From NCBI RefSeq assembly GCF_964204645.1, contig NC_134028.1, positions 12,447,263 through 12,511,262 on the forward strand: DNA of 64,000 bases, given 5' to 3'. A model generated the notes under the pieces. The model was not told where the DNA came from. It worked only from the letters and a program-made list of their open reading frames with translations, and did not search any database. Position 1 is the first letter of the stretch, and each line of letters begins with the position of its first letter. The position numbers were made by a program, and so were the translations under genes. The stretch is from Tubulanus polymorphus. Its lineage: Eukaryota > Animalia > Nemertea. Positions 10,069-20,436 of this stretch are shown in pieces.

Positions 10069-10603
10069 TACATAGCTGTTTATACTAGAACATGATTCTA
10101 TTTGAGCCTATATACATTCCATGTAAAGAGCTATGGAATAAATCTATAAATTCACAGCTGTTACAGCTGTTACTATGACGCCGAGACATATGAGACATAA
10201 TATTGCAAACGTGTAGAATATTCTAGAAAGGTGTGCCGGAACCAGATGACGTGTAATAATCAACGACGTGTTCATTCTAGAAATCGCCCCAGAACTGAAT
10301 AGACACTGTAACATAACGCTTAGGATATTCTATCTCTCGAAACGAAATTAGGAGTTTATAGTTTACAATTCTAAATCTAAATGTAAGTACTGTTTTTTTG
10401 TAGTTATTAGGGCTATTAAATATGAAACCTTTAAGTGCATTTGACAACTGCAACTTCATACAGTTAATTCTATTTTACGTTAGATAGATAATAACTTGAA
10501 CTATAATAACTTATAATAATTAGAAACGATAGACTTGAAAATATTTATATCATTTAATATCGCAGTTCCTGTTCTACCGCTGATATCTTTTAGTTGAATA
10601 AAA

Positions 10604-11334
10604 TGTCGTGTGTACCAAGAAGTACTCTTAATTCTCAGAGGACAACCGAAATGGAAGATGAACCAACCGAAATGGAGGAAGACGAACCAATGGAAATGGG
10701 TACTGAAGTAAAAGAATCTTTCGATATAGAAGATGAAACTTTAGAAGAAGTTAAAAAACATTTATATTACCATCAAGAAATGACATTAATTTTAGAAAAA
10801 ATAATATAAAACCAGCAATCAAGCGTAACATCATTACCGAAAAGACCAACAACCAATGTAGAAATATTGTTAAGACTAAAAGGAACAAAAACTAAAAAGA
10901 AAATGAGCGGAAATGAGTTAAATGAGTTTTTAAAATCAAAATTATCAATTGAAACAGGCGTAAGTTTTAAAGAAATAGAAGGTGTAACAACATTTGATGA
11001 AATAACTGTTTTATTGAAAAAAAATTATGAAACCTTGTTATTTAAAAAAGCAAAGCATTTATGGGATTATATCATTTTCGGGGATTGTTTAAATAAGGGA
11101 TTTTTAATGTTTAATAAACAAACTGCGGGGATTTCTTGGACTTCTTGGGTTAAAAAATACATAACTATTAGTGCCAGACATGATAGAAGATTAAGAAAGG
11201 TAGGTAGACTAATTACATATAAAAAATTCCAATTATTAAGCTTGTCATTTGTTGATGTTGTTAAACATTTACAAGAAATTGAAAAAATGATAGAAAATGA
11301 TCCAAAAATAAAAGAGTTCTGGTTGGAATTATAA
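10604..11334 (+). pseudogene. Polinton TIR-proximal hypothetical protein (acidic N-terminus, helical C-terminal domain), interrupted near 10809
   Basis: ORFs 10594-10809 and 10867-11334 are collinear. C-terminal part FGDCLNKGF...WTSWVKKYITIS.RHDRRLR...KFQLLSLSF looks like a helical nucleic-acid-binding domain. Confidence 0.55.
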
Positions 11335-11453
11335 ATTTTAAAAATATAGAAATCAAGTGATGTATTGAATGAAACGATTGAACATACTTGTATAATGTAT
11401 TGTGTAAATCTACTTGGTGAATGTTCTATGTTCGGTCGTTTCTATTTGCATAA

Positions 11454-11785
11454 TGAATATATAATTATGATTAACACATGTGCATTAAGCAAAACCGGCC
11501 ATAAATGGCCGCATGTGACTGACACATGTAACGCATGTGACGCGGACATGAATGCGTTTGAATTTTCTATGTTCAGTTGTTTCTCTTTTACAGAATTTAT
11601 AGAATGAATATATAATTATGATTAACACATGTGCATTAAGCAAAACCGGCCATAAATGGCCGCATGTGACGCATGTAACGCATGTGTTGTTTCTATTTTA
11701 CAGAATTTATAGAATGAATATATAATTATGATTAACGCATGCGCATTAAGCAAAAGCGCGCCTGTATGTCCGCATATGACGCGGG
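11454..11785. repeat. Three diverged direct repeats in a Polinton intergenic region
   Basis: GAATATATAATTATGATTAACACATGTGCATTAAGCAAAACCGGCCATAAATGGCCGCATGTGAC at ~11455 and ~11606, diverged copy at ~11716. Confidence 0.9.
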
Positions 11786-11864
11786 TATTGTAACTGGTAT
11801 GATTTAGATATCAAGGAATCGAAACGACTTATCAAAGGAACTTATCAACGAGGAATGAAAAAGG

Positions 11865-12342
11865 ATGACGTTGGTCGAAGAAATGGAAGAGGATTCTAAA
11901 ATATTAACCAATTTAGAAAAAAACACAGATCTTAATTTTAGATTGAAACAATGCTTAAGATCTAGATTAACACAATTATTCAACAAAGAAACGCATTCAG
12001 AAACACTATCTAATTTATTGGGTTATTCAGATGAATTTTTCATATCATGGATAATATATCAATTCGATGATAAAATGAATATAGATAATTATGGTGAATA
12101 CTTTCATATTGATCATACGTTACCAATATCTAAATTTAACATGAATGATGAATACAATAAAAAACTTATTTGGGGGTGGAAAAAATTTAAGACCTTTAGA
12201 AAAGAAGGAAAACATAATTAAATCCAATAAACTTGATTTACAGTTATATTTAGAACAGTTAACAAAGGCAAAGAAATTTATTGATCAATGGAACAATAAT
12301 CCAAATAATGAACAATACGTTGAGTCTTTAATGAGTGGTTAA
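11865..12342 (+). pseudogene. HNH-type endonuclease of the kind common in large DNA viruses, frameshifted at an A-run (~12180)
   Basis: Joined translation LRSRL...LLGYSDEFFISWIIYQFDDKMNIDNYGEYFHIDHTLPISKF...W/KNLRPLEKKENIIKSNK shows the HIDH..P...NLxPL...EN..K HNH signature. Confidence 0.75.
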
Positions 12343-12588
12343 AGAATAATAGATTTTAAATAAAAAGTATTAAAAATTACATATCTTCAACTAGCTAGTA
12401 TTAGTTATTGTTTTTTTAATATTTTCTTTTCAAAAAAGAATACTTTATATCGCAAATAAAAAATACTAAAAAACAAAAACTAATACTAAAATTCTTTACC
12501 TTTAACTAAGCTAGTATTAATCTAAAGAGATACTGGTATCATTTTATAATACTTATAATATTTTTCTTATTAAATTTCTCTAATATAA

Positions 12589-13194
12589 ATGTCAAAGAAA
12601 TTCGAGCAAGAATAGTATTGATATTGAAAAAACATTAGATGATTTGGGCATAAGTGATAAGGATCCAGTTGTTTCTAATTCTATTCAAGTTAATAACAAT
12701 ATTGATTATGAATACTATTTATATTGTAAACACCATCTTGAACTATTGATTGCTAGCGGAAAGTGTAGAGAGTTTTTAACTAAGACTATTACTTTTCAAG
12801 AATTAGATGCTATGAAACCAGATAAAGTAATAAAATATTTTTAGATTTATGAAGAAGCTAGATTAGCTAGAATAAATGATTCTTTTTCAGATGGTATTGT
12901 CAAATGTTATCCAAAATTATGTAACCAGTTAATACCAATTAATGATGAAAATAAATTATATAGTGATTTGAAAAATGACTACTTAGTTATGACTGAATAA
13001 CAAAAATGGGTTGGATATGCTTCATTTCAATTAGGATCGGTTATGACATTAATTTCTACTGGTGTCATAACATTTTCGAATATCAAGCCTATGGAATATA
13101 AATCAGGTAAGAACGAAACAGATGGCGCTGTACTACAACCAAACGTCGAAACAGAAAATGAATCAGAACAAAAATTAACTAAAATAAATGAGTG
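12589..13194 (+). pseudogene. Polinton hypothetical protein with C-terminal hydrophobic segment; several stops/frameshift
   Basis: TAAATG at 12589. The frame of ORF 12644-12844 continues through stops (IYEEARLARIND...LYSDLKNDY...GSVMTLISTGVITF). Confidence 0.55.
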
Positions 13195-13544
13195 ATGATG
13201 TTAAGAAAAAGGCTAGATCTGAAAAACAAATTAAATGGGCAAGAGATTTAGGTAAAAGATCTTCAGAATTAAAAAATGCTAAGAAAAAGAAATTAACTGA
13301 TATAAATGAATCACAGAAATTATCTGATATTAATTCAAATAATAATCCATCTGATTCTTCTAATGCTGGAAGTAATTATAAATTATATATTACAATTGGA
13401 TTAGTAACAATTATTATATTATCCGGTGTAATATATAAATCAAAATTCAAATCTGATGATAAATATGATTCCAATGACAATAAACCTATCATACCAGAAA
13501 ATAAATCAAATCATAAAGCCATTGAAACTAAATCTAAGTTATAA
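13188..13544 (+). CDS. Polinton small basic protein with a single TM helix
   Basis: Intact 118 aa, basic N-terminus, LYITIGLVTIIILSGVIY, TAAATG start. Confidence 0.65.
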   Translation: MSDDVKKKARSEKQIKWARDLGKRSSELKNAKKKKLTDINESQKLSDINSNNNPSDSSNAGSNYKLYITIGLVTIIILSGVIYKSKFKSDDKYDSNDNKPIIPENKSNHKAIETKSKL

Positions 13545-13562
13545 TTAATGGATTAAAATAAG

Positions 13563-14654
13563 ATGAAAAAAGAACAATATTTAAGAGATTTATATTATAA
13601 CCCAGAAAGTGAAGTATCATATTCTAACGTTACAGAATTATGGGGTAAAATTAAATCTGATAAGGAAAATGGTTATATAAAATATAGTGAATTGAAATCA
13701 TGGTTACAAAATCAACCAACATATCAAATCCACAAGAAAATGGATAAAACTTATTTAACAAGAAAAGTTATGGTTTCATATATCGATCAACAATGGCAAG
13801 CAGATTTAATTGACATGAAGAACTTAGAGGAATACAACAAAGGATATTTCTGGATACTGAATGTTATAGACATATTCAGTAGATACGCATGGTCAATTCC
13901 AATCAAAAATAAAACTGGTATAGAAGTAACAAATGCTTTTAAATCAATATTTAAAGAAGCTATTCCAGATAAGATACAATTTGATGAAGGTAATGAATTT
14001 TATAACAAACATTTCAAAAAACTATTATCTGATAACGATGTAGATTATTTTTCAACACACTCAGATAAAAAAGCATCTATTATAGAAAGATTTAATAAAA
14101 CATTGAAAACTAGAATGTGGAAATATTTTACTGCTAATGAAACATATAAATATATCGATGTATTAGATGATTTAGTGAAAGGTTATAATAATTCTAAACA
14201 TAGTTCTATAAATATGAAACATATACAAGCTAGAAAAGAAGATAATTCAGAAATAGTTTGGAATAATTTATATGGCGCATTTGTTACACATGATTTCGGA
14301 GAACCTAAATTTAAAATAGGACAACACGTTAGAATATCTAAATATAGAAAAACATTTTATAAAGGTTATACCCCTAATTTTACAGAAGAAATATTCAAGA
14401 TTAAAAAGATAATATTAACTAAACCATTTGTTTATAAATTAGAAGATTTAAAAGATGAAGAAATATTAGGTTATTTCTATGAACAAGAATTATCATTTGT
14501 AGCAAATCCAGATGAAATAGAATACAAAATAGAAAAAGTATTGAAAACAAAAACTCGTAAAAGAAAAAAGTATTCTTTGGTGAAATATAATGGATATGAT
14601 GATAAATTTAATGAATGGATTTTATCTAGTAAAATTAAAAGAATAAATGAATAA
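13563..14654 (+). CDS. int: Polinton retroviral-like (rve/c-int) integrase with C-terminal chromodomain; apparently intact
   Basis: QWQADL (D), VIDIFSRYAW, QFDEGNEF (D), IIERFNKTLK (E), YNNSKHSSI, VRIS...FYKGY; chromo YKIEKVL...LVKYNGYDDKFNEWI. Confidence 0.95.
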   Translation: MKKEQYLRDLYYNPESEVSYSNVTELWGKIKSDKENGYIKYSELKSWLQNQPTYQIHKKMDKTYLTRKVMVSYIDQQWQADLIDMKNLEEYNKGYFWILNVIDIFSRYAWSIPIKNKTGIEVTNAFKSIFKEAIPDKIQFDEGNEFYNKHFKKLLSDNDVDYFSTHSDKKASIIERFNKTLKTRMWKYFTANETYKYIDVLDDLVKGYNNSKHSSINMKHIQARKEDNSEIVWNNLYGAFVTHDFGEPKFKIGQHVRISKYRKTFYKGYTPNFTEEIFKIKKIILTKPFVYKLEDLKDEEILGYFYEQELSFVANPDEIEYKIEKVLKTKTRKRKKYSLVKYNGYDDKFNEWILSSKIKRINE

Positions 14655-15259
14655 AGATTTATTTATATTTGAACCGCATAATATGTTAGTTACTGGAGTA
14701 ACCAACTGTGGTAAAACACATTTCATATTAGATTTGTTAGAAACTATTTATAAGAATCATTTTGATAATATAATATTATTCTGTCCTACTTATGAAATGA
14801 ATAAAACATATAATAGAGATATAGTTAAGATAAAAAAGTTTATTATATTAAATCCTAAAACAGTAAAAGAAAATTTAGATAATTGTATAAAAATAGCAAT
14901 TGATACTTATAAAGGATCAAATACATTATTCATTGTAGATGATTGCGCAAATTTACATGATTCAAAACTGAGAGAAAGTGAGTTATGTTATTTAGCTTTC
15001 TCTGGAAGACATTTCGGGATAACAACATGGGTTTTAAATCAAAAAATATAATTCAATTGTTAAAGACTTTAGGGAGAATATAAGATTTCTAGTTTTATTC
15101 TACAATAAAGATAGAAAATGTATGCAACAATCATTGGAAGAAAATTAAATTATACCTACTGAATTACATGTTGAATATATGAATAAATTAAAGAATAATA
15201 AAGGTTCAAAATTATTACTGAGATTACAATTTCCCTATGAATATAAATTTATAAAATAA
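14647..15259 (+). pseudogene. A32/FtsK-like DNA packaging ATPase, frameshift at ~15045 and internal stop
   Basis: Walker A GVTNCGKT, Walker B LFIVDD, SGRHFGITTWVLNQ. The alternative frame continues YNSIVKDFRENIRFLVLF...FPYEYKFIK* to 15259. Confidence 0.9.
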
Positions 15260-15612
15260 CTATTTGTATACCTTTGTATAACTATTTAGATACCCTAATA
15301 CCTTAGATACCCCTATTAGATACCTTAATTACTTAAAAACCCCCTTTTTTAAAATAAATATTATTTATACAATTTTCAACCAATTTATTTTTATTTTTTT
15401 CAACTAATATATGAATAAGTTTGAAAATAATAAAGGTTATTTATTATTACTGAGGTTTCAATTTCCATATGAATATAAGTTTATAAAATAAGATATTTTA
15501 TGTATTAGATTGTATTAGATTGTATTAGATATGTATAAGATACCTTAAATACCTTAAATACTTAAAACCCCCTTTTTTATTTACTATTATTTTATACAAT
15601 TTTCAACCAATA
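15175..15612 (+). repeat. Diverged ~230-bp tandem duplication of the ATPase 3' end and downstream region
   Basis: ATATATGAATAA...AATAATAAAGGTT...ATTATTACTGAG...TATGAATATAA.TTTATAAAATAA...ACTTAAAACCCCCTTTT...TATACAATTTTCAACCAAT occurs at ~15176-15383 and ~15407-15611. Confidence 0.85.
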
Positions 15613-15677
15613 TTATTATTTGTGTTAAATATAATTAATACCTTAATCACTTTCATCATCAGACCCTAACAATTTAT

Positions 15678-16556
15678 TCAAACCGTATCATCATCAATAG
15701 TTGTTTTATTTTTATACTTATTCTTCACCCTTTTTACCGCATCATCAATAGTTGTTTCATTGTTATGCTTATTCATCCAATCAAATTTATCATTATTTTC
15801 TACTTTATGTTTCATAGAATCTTTATTATCAATATCTGTAACTATATCACCATGTGGGTGCCGTATGGCACCATTTTCATTATCATCTTTATTAGTGTTT
15901 GCTCCTAATATTTCATTTACAGTTTTTGATACTAATATTTTATTAGCAACGATTAAATCTAATTCATCTTTATTAGGCGTTGCTAATAAAAAATCTTTAT
16001 ATAATTCTTTACCATTTACTTTTTCATTTGAAACAAACTTTGTAACATATCTAAATGGGTGTTCTATAAATTCTTTTAAACCAACGCGTTCTATAACATT
16101 ATTTATATGTACCCTTGTATTCATATGTTTATTCCAATTTGATGGAACGTTTGAATATTCACCTTTACAATATCCACAATAATTTCTATTTTCACTAACA
16201 TTTAATATTATTTCATTATTTGATGTAGAAGGTATTACATTATTAGATGTAGAGGGTATTACATTATTAGATGTAGAAGGTATTACATTATTAGATGTAG
16301 AAGGTATTACATTATTAGATGTAGAAGGTATTACATTATTAGATGTAGAAGGTATTACATTATTATCAATTACATTACTTAAATTATCAACAACACCACT
16401 TTTATTTTTATCGATTCCTATTAGTTTAGTTTTATAAATTTTGAAAATAGGATGAAATATCAAAGCTATATTACAAGGTATTACATAATATAAACCATCA
16501 TTATTTTCATGTGTATCGATGTATGGAATATGTTTATATACTTTACCTCCTTCCAT
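15678..16556 (-). CDS. Polinton hypothetical protein with 8-aa tandem repeat (NNVIPSTS x6) and a C2H2-like finger
   Basis: 292-aa ORF, TAAATG start, 24-bp repeat at ~16215-16365, CGYC...WNKHMNTRVH. Confidence 0.7.
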   Translation of the reverse strand: MEGGKVYKHIPYIDTHENNDGLYYVIPCNIALIFHPIFKIYKTKLIGIDKNKSGVVDNLSNVIDNNVIPSTSNNVIPSTSNNVIPSTSNNVIPSTSNNVIPSTSNNVIPSTSNNEIILNVSENRNYCGYCKGEYSNVPSNWNKHMNTRVHINNVIERVGLKEFIEHPFRYVTKFVSNEKVNGKELYKDFLLATPNKDELDLIVANKILVSKTVNEILGANTNKDDNENGAIRHPHGDIVTDIDNKDSMKHKVENNDKFDWMNKHNNETTIDDAVKRVKNKYKNKTTIDDDTV

Positions 16557-16588
16557 TTATTATATGAATTTTTATTAAAGTTAAAATT

Positions 16589-17001
16589 TTAATACATAAC
16601 ACTATTCAATTGAGAATTTACAATATTTAATTGCGCGTCAGATATAATATAAATATGCATTTTGAAATTTAGGCTTCCTTAATTCTTTGTCATGAATAAT
16701 TGTATTCCATCTTTAGTGTTCTGTAGTTTTTTTCCAGAACCATGTAATGAATTGTCCTCTGTTGTTCTAAAATCTAACCATAATGCATATTTATTACCGG
16801 TATAATAATCAATTTGATTAATGTTACAATTTTCAGATGATTTCACTTTTTCATGCATAAAATGTTTTCTATTTTCTGGCCATTGATCTATAATTCTCAT
16901 TCCTTGACAAAATATTTTATTTGCTATTCCTTCGATAGTTATTTCTACTTTTGTTATTTCAGGATTAAAATAATTATCAACATTTATTGCACCATTAAAA
17001 A
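16589..17001 (-). pseudogene. Major capsid protein C-terminal fragment, 5' part replaced by the 59-bp repeat
   Basis: YFNPEITKVEITIEGIANKIF...KYALWLDFRTTEDNSLHGSGKKLQNTKDGIQL, then after a frameshift MHIYIISDAQLNIVNSQLNSVMY*; typical Polinton MCP C-terminus. Confidence 0.75.
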
Positions 17002-17410
17002 CCACGGGACTGTTGAGAGAGTAGAGACAGATGTGAGGGGTCGAGGCGGGAACATAGGGTCCACGGGACTGTGTAGAGAGTAGAGATAGATGTGAAGGGT
17101 CGAGACAGGAACATAGTGTCCGCGGGACTGTGTAGAGAGTAGAGACAGTTTTGAAGGGTCGAGACGGGAACATAGGGTTCACGGGACTGTGTAGAGAGTA
17201 GAGACAGTTTTGAAGGGTCAAGACGGGAACATAGCGTCCACGGGACTGTGTAGAGAGTAGAGATAGATGTGAAGGGTCGAGACAGGAACATAGTGTTGCG
17301 GGATTGTGTAGAGAGTTGAGACAGTTTTGAAGGGTCGAGACGGGAACATAGCGTCCACGGGACTGTCTAGAGAGTAGAGACAGGTGACGGGTCGAGACCG
17401 GAACATGTCC
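17002..17410 (-). repeat. Same 59-bp minisatellite in inverted orientation, ~7 units
   Basis: CCACGGGACTGTGTAGAGAGTAGAGACAG...GAAGGGTCGAGACGGGAACATAG is the reverse complement of the 9327-9677 unit. Confidence 0.97.
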
Positions 17411-18042
17411 ATCGGAGAAAGACCGACGGGATCTGGTAGAGAAAGACAACGCATCATAAATCTAACAATCATCTTTATTTTTTTTGCAAAATTCATACAT
17501 TAATTTTCTTCATAAATTTGATGAATTCGAACTGATTAATGGCAAAATAAAATGTACCCTAAACAAAATGCCCCCGGCCGAGAGGGGTCATTTTTAGAAC
17601 TGAGTTTTGAGAGATTTGAAGCCGAAAGTTGATATCATTTGAAACTTGAAACCAAAATAATTAAACTCGTATGATTTATTCAACATTACATTTGAAAACA
17701 GTTTAAACCCACTTAAGTAATATTCTGGGAGGAAATTTCGACTGGAAATTGCTTACTTCGCATCTTGAATTTTTACTTCTGTTGACATTGGAGGCGTTTT
17801 CTTCATTCGATCTTCGAAAAGTTTTATAAAATCTAATTGACTTTTTCAAATTGTTGGTAGGTTTCACTGATCGTTATTCAAACATTTATAACATGCGAAA
17901 AACGAATCCTATACGCGCCGTAGTGTTTTAGTTCAAATAATCAACTGTGGTGGCGCTATTGTACGGTAGGGTCGGGACGGGAACGGGTCGAGACAGTAAC
18001 GGGTCGAGACGGGACGTGGATATGCAACTCGGTTACACAGGC

Positions 18043-18683
18043 AGGCTGCTTGATTCGACGATTCGGAGTACTCCGAATATTACTCTGGAGCAAACCGGAA
18101 ACAAGCGGTATCCGTGTTATCAGAGTAACAAATATGGTGGACAAAGCGGTATTATTTCGATCGTTCATCCCATTGTTGGAAGAATGTATGGAGGAAGCCT
18201 TCTACACGGAAGTTAATGGCCACTGCTAGGAGGAATAGAATTGCTGATAATTTCATGTAACAAACAACTAGAAGTAAATGATAAATAAAAACTGATTTAT
18301 TGCAACTTGCATAAAAATTTAACAAAAATAAAATAAAATTACAAAAACTCTTTGTTACAAAAAAGTTGTTACTGAAAATATTTTTCATGTAAAAAGAAGC
18401 AGCTTATCCGATTTTTAATTCTTTGATTTAATTCTTCTTCAAGTCTTTAAACAGGTCCAAGAAGCCCTTCATAACGGTCATTCTGTCATTATGCATACGT
18501 TCCTGTTGGGCCCTAGCAGAATCCTGCCATTCCCTTTGTTCGGCTAGTAACGCCATCTAGCGGTACACCTATCACACCGTTGATTTACTCGGGGAAGCAG
18601 TCGAGAGTCCGGAGTAGTGCTCCCGCCTACTTGATTCACTAGTGTATTACTTGGTGTACTCCGGGTAACGAATCAAGCACCCT
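18043..18683. mobile_element. Internally deleted PIF/Harbinger-like element
   Basis: Imperfect inverted ends TGCTTGATTCG..CGGAGTAC / GTACTCCG..CGAATCAAGCA. Convergent C-terminal remnants: plus ...TARRNRIADNFM*, minus ...QQERMHNDRMTVMKGFLDLFKDLKKN* (accessory-ORF-like coiled coil). Confidence 0.45.
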
Positions 18684-19962
18684 GAGGATCGTAGAGTAAC
18701 GTAGATACACTGTGGAGACAGCCACTGCCAGGACTGGGTGAAGGCACCATGGTGCTTTCTAAAATGATTTAGTCTTGGTGTAGGGCCGGTAGGCCTACTG
18801 TAAATTAATAACATTAAATCAAAGAAATAGACAACAGTTCACTAACATATTTCTGATATCGTACGATGATTTTAATAATTGAAAATTGGGCCAGGTGAGA
18901 ATCAAAATTGCGTTGTCACCATCAATTAAAGTATAAATCGTTTAATTTGGCTCGGTTTACATTCGGATTTTCGCATATTTCGGACTAAAATTCAAGTCCC
19001 TTAACTAGGTTATTTCTGTTCAAATGAAAACACATTATTCGCATTTCGTTCAATTGACAAAATTTCCCATCCCAGCTGCTTGTGATCCGAATTTATCGAA
19101 TTTTCTAATCTTTTGAGCAACGTAAATCGTTTTTATTTTGATTATTTTCCAGTTGTTGTTTTTTTTATGTATTTTGCTATACATTTTTCTTATTGATAAA
19201 ATAAATTTCAAACGTGAAAAAGTATTACTGTATTGTTTCGATCTTAGTCACTTAGAGGTTCAGTCGTGTGGGTAGATGGTCCAATTCTCTAAATTCCGTG
19301 TATTCTATTCTCCACGGCCAGAACCAAAAATCAAACTTTTGGGGTTTAATTAAACAACGGCGATAACGTACGTAGCATGAGTGGAAATTACAGTTGGAAG
19401 CTCTGATTGTACACCCGCCATTATGAGTTTTCCGGTTTGCTCGGCTACCCGTACTGGCGGGGTAGTCTAGAGAGGCCGATGAAAACTCCGGTTTGCTGAA
19501 CCACCCCTCTTTGCGGGGATGCGGTATGATGTTTGATCTGGCAGTTTCAAGTGGTTAATGGCTGTTTCAAGTGCTTACAACGATGCTTATTTCTTCGTGG
19601 TACATGGTGGTTTAAAAAAAGATTTCATAATGATACGCTCACTGCGTGGGCTTCGTAGAAAGACCACTACCTGTGACCTTCCCAAATTTTAATTGTCCTG
19701 TCCGATTTGGTTTCATCCAATTGAGAGACTGCCTTTTCCAGTTAGGGCATTTTTGGATCACGTCACTCCAGGAAATGACTTAACGCTTTTGGGCCCCTTC
19801 GTCGGTTCCACATGTTTCATTTGAGCTATAGGCCACAATGGTGACACCATGATGGTCAGTAACTGACCAATTGAGATATCCCCGAGTCTGAACACTTGAC
19901 TTCGAATTCCGGAAATTTATCATGTAATGTTTGTTTTCAAACTACTAAGGAATCGTCATTGC

Positions 19963-20436
19963 AAATTCATCACTGACCACCAATGACCAATTCAAACTTC
20001 TCGAATATGAAAACGATATACCGCGTTATTGTGTCAAACTAGAAAGGATTCGCCATTGAAAATTAATAAATTGACCATCACTGACCACCACTGACCAATT
20101 GAAACTTCTTGAAAGAACGATATACCGGTACCGCATTTGGTGTGAAACTAGATAGGATGCTCCATTAAAATTCATAAATTGACCATCACTGACCACCACT
20201 GACCAATTGAAATTTCTTGAAAGAACGATATACCGGTACCGCATTTGATGTGAAACTTGAAAGGATTCGCCATTGAAAATTCATAAATTGACCATCACTG
20301 ATCACCACTGACCAATTGAAACTTCTTGAAAGAACGATATACCGGTACCGCATTTGGTGTGAAACTAGAAAGGATTCGCCATTAAAATTCATAAATCGAC
20401 CATCACTGACCACCACTGCCCAAGTGAAACTTCTCA
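19963..20436. repeat. ~108-bp tandem repeat, ~4.3 units
   Basis: CCATCACTGACCACCACTGACCAATTGAAACTTCTTGAAAGAACGATATACCGGTACCGCATTTGGTGTGAAACTAG... recurs at ~20075, 20183, 20292 and 20400. Confidence 0.95.

Larger units (their letters stand above)
9678..17001 (+). mobile_element. Polinton/Maverick element, integrase-side half (copy B), truncated inside MCP
   Basis: TIR, rve integrase with chromodomain, A32-like ATPase, convergent MCP C-terminus; abrupt junction to the 59-bp repeat at 17002. Confidence 0.9.

Noticed and set aside
11365-11607. 80-aa Cys-rich ORF
   Set aside because: Overlaps the triplicated non-coding block, lacks the element's start motif and has no recognisable domain.
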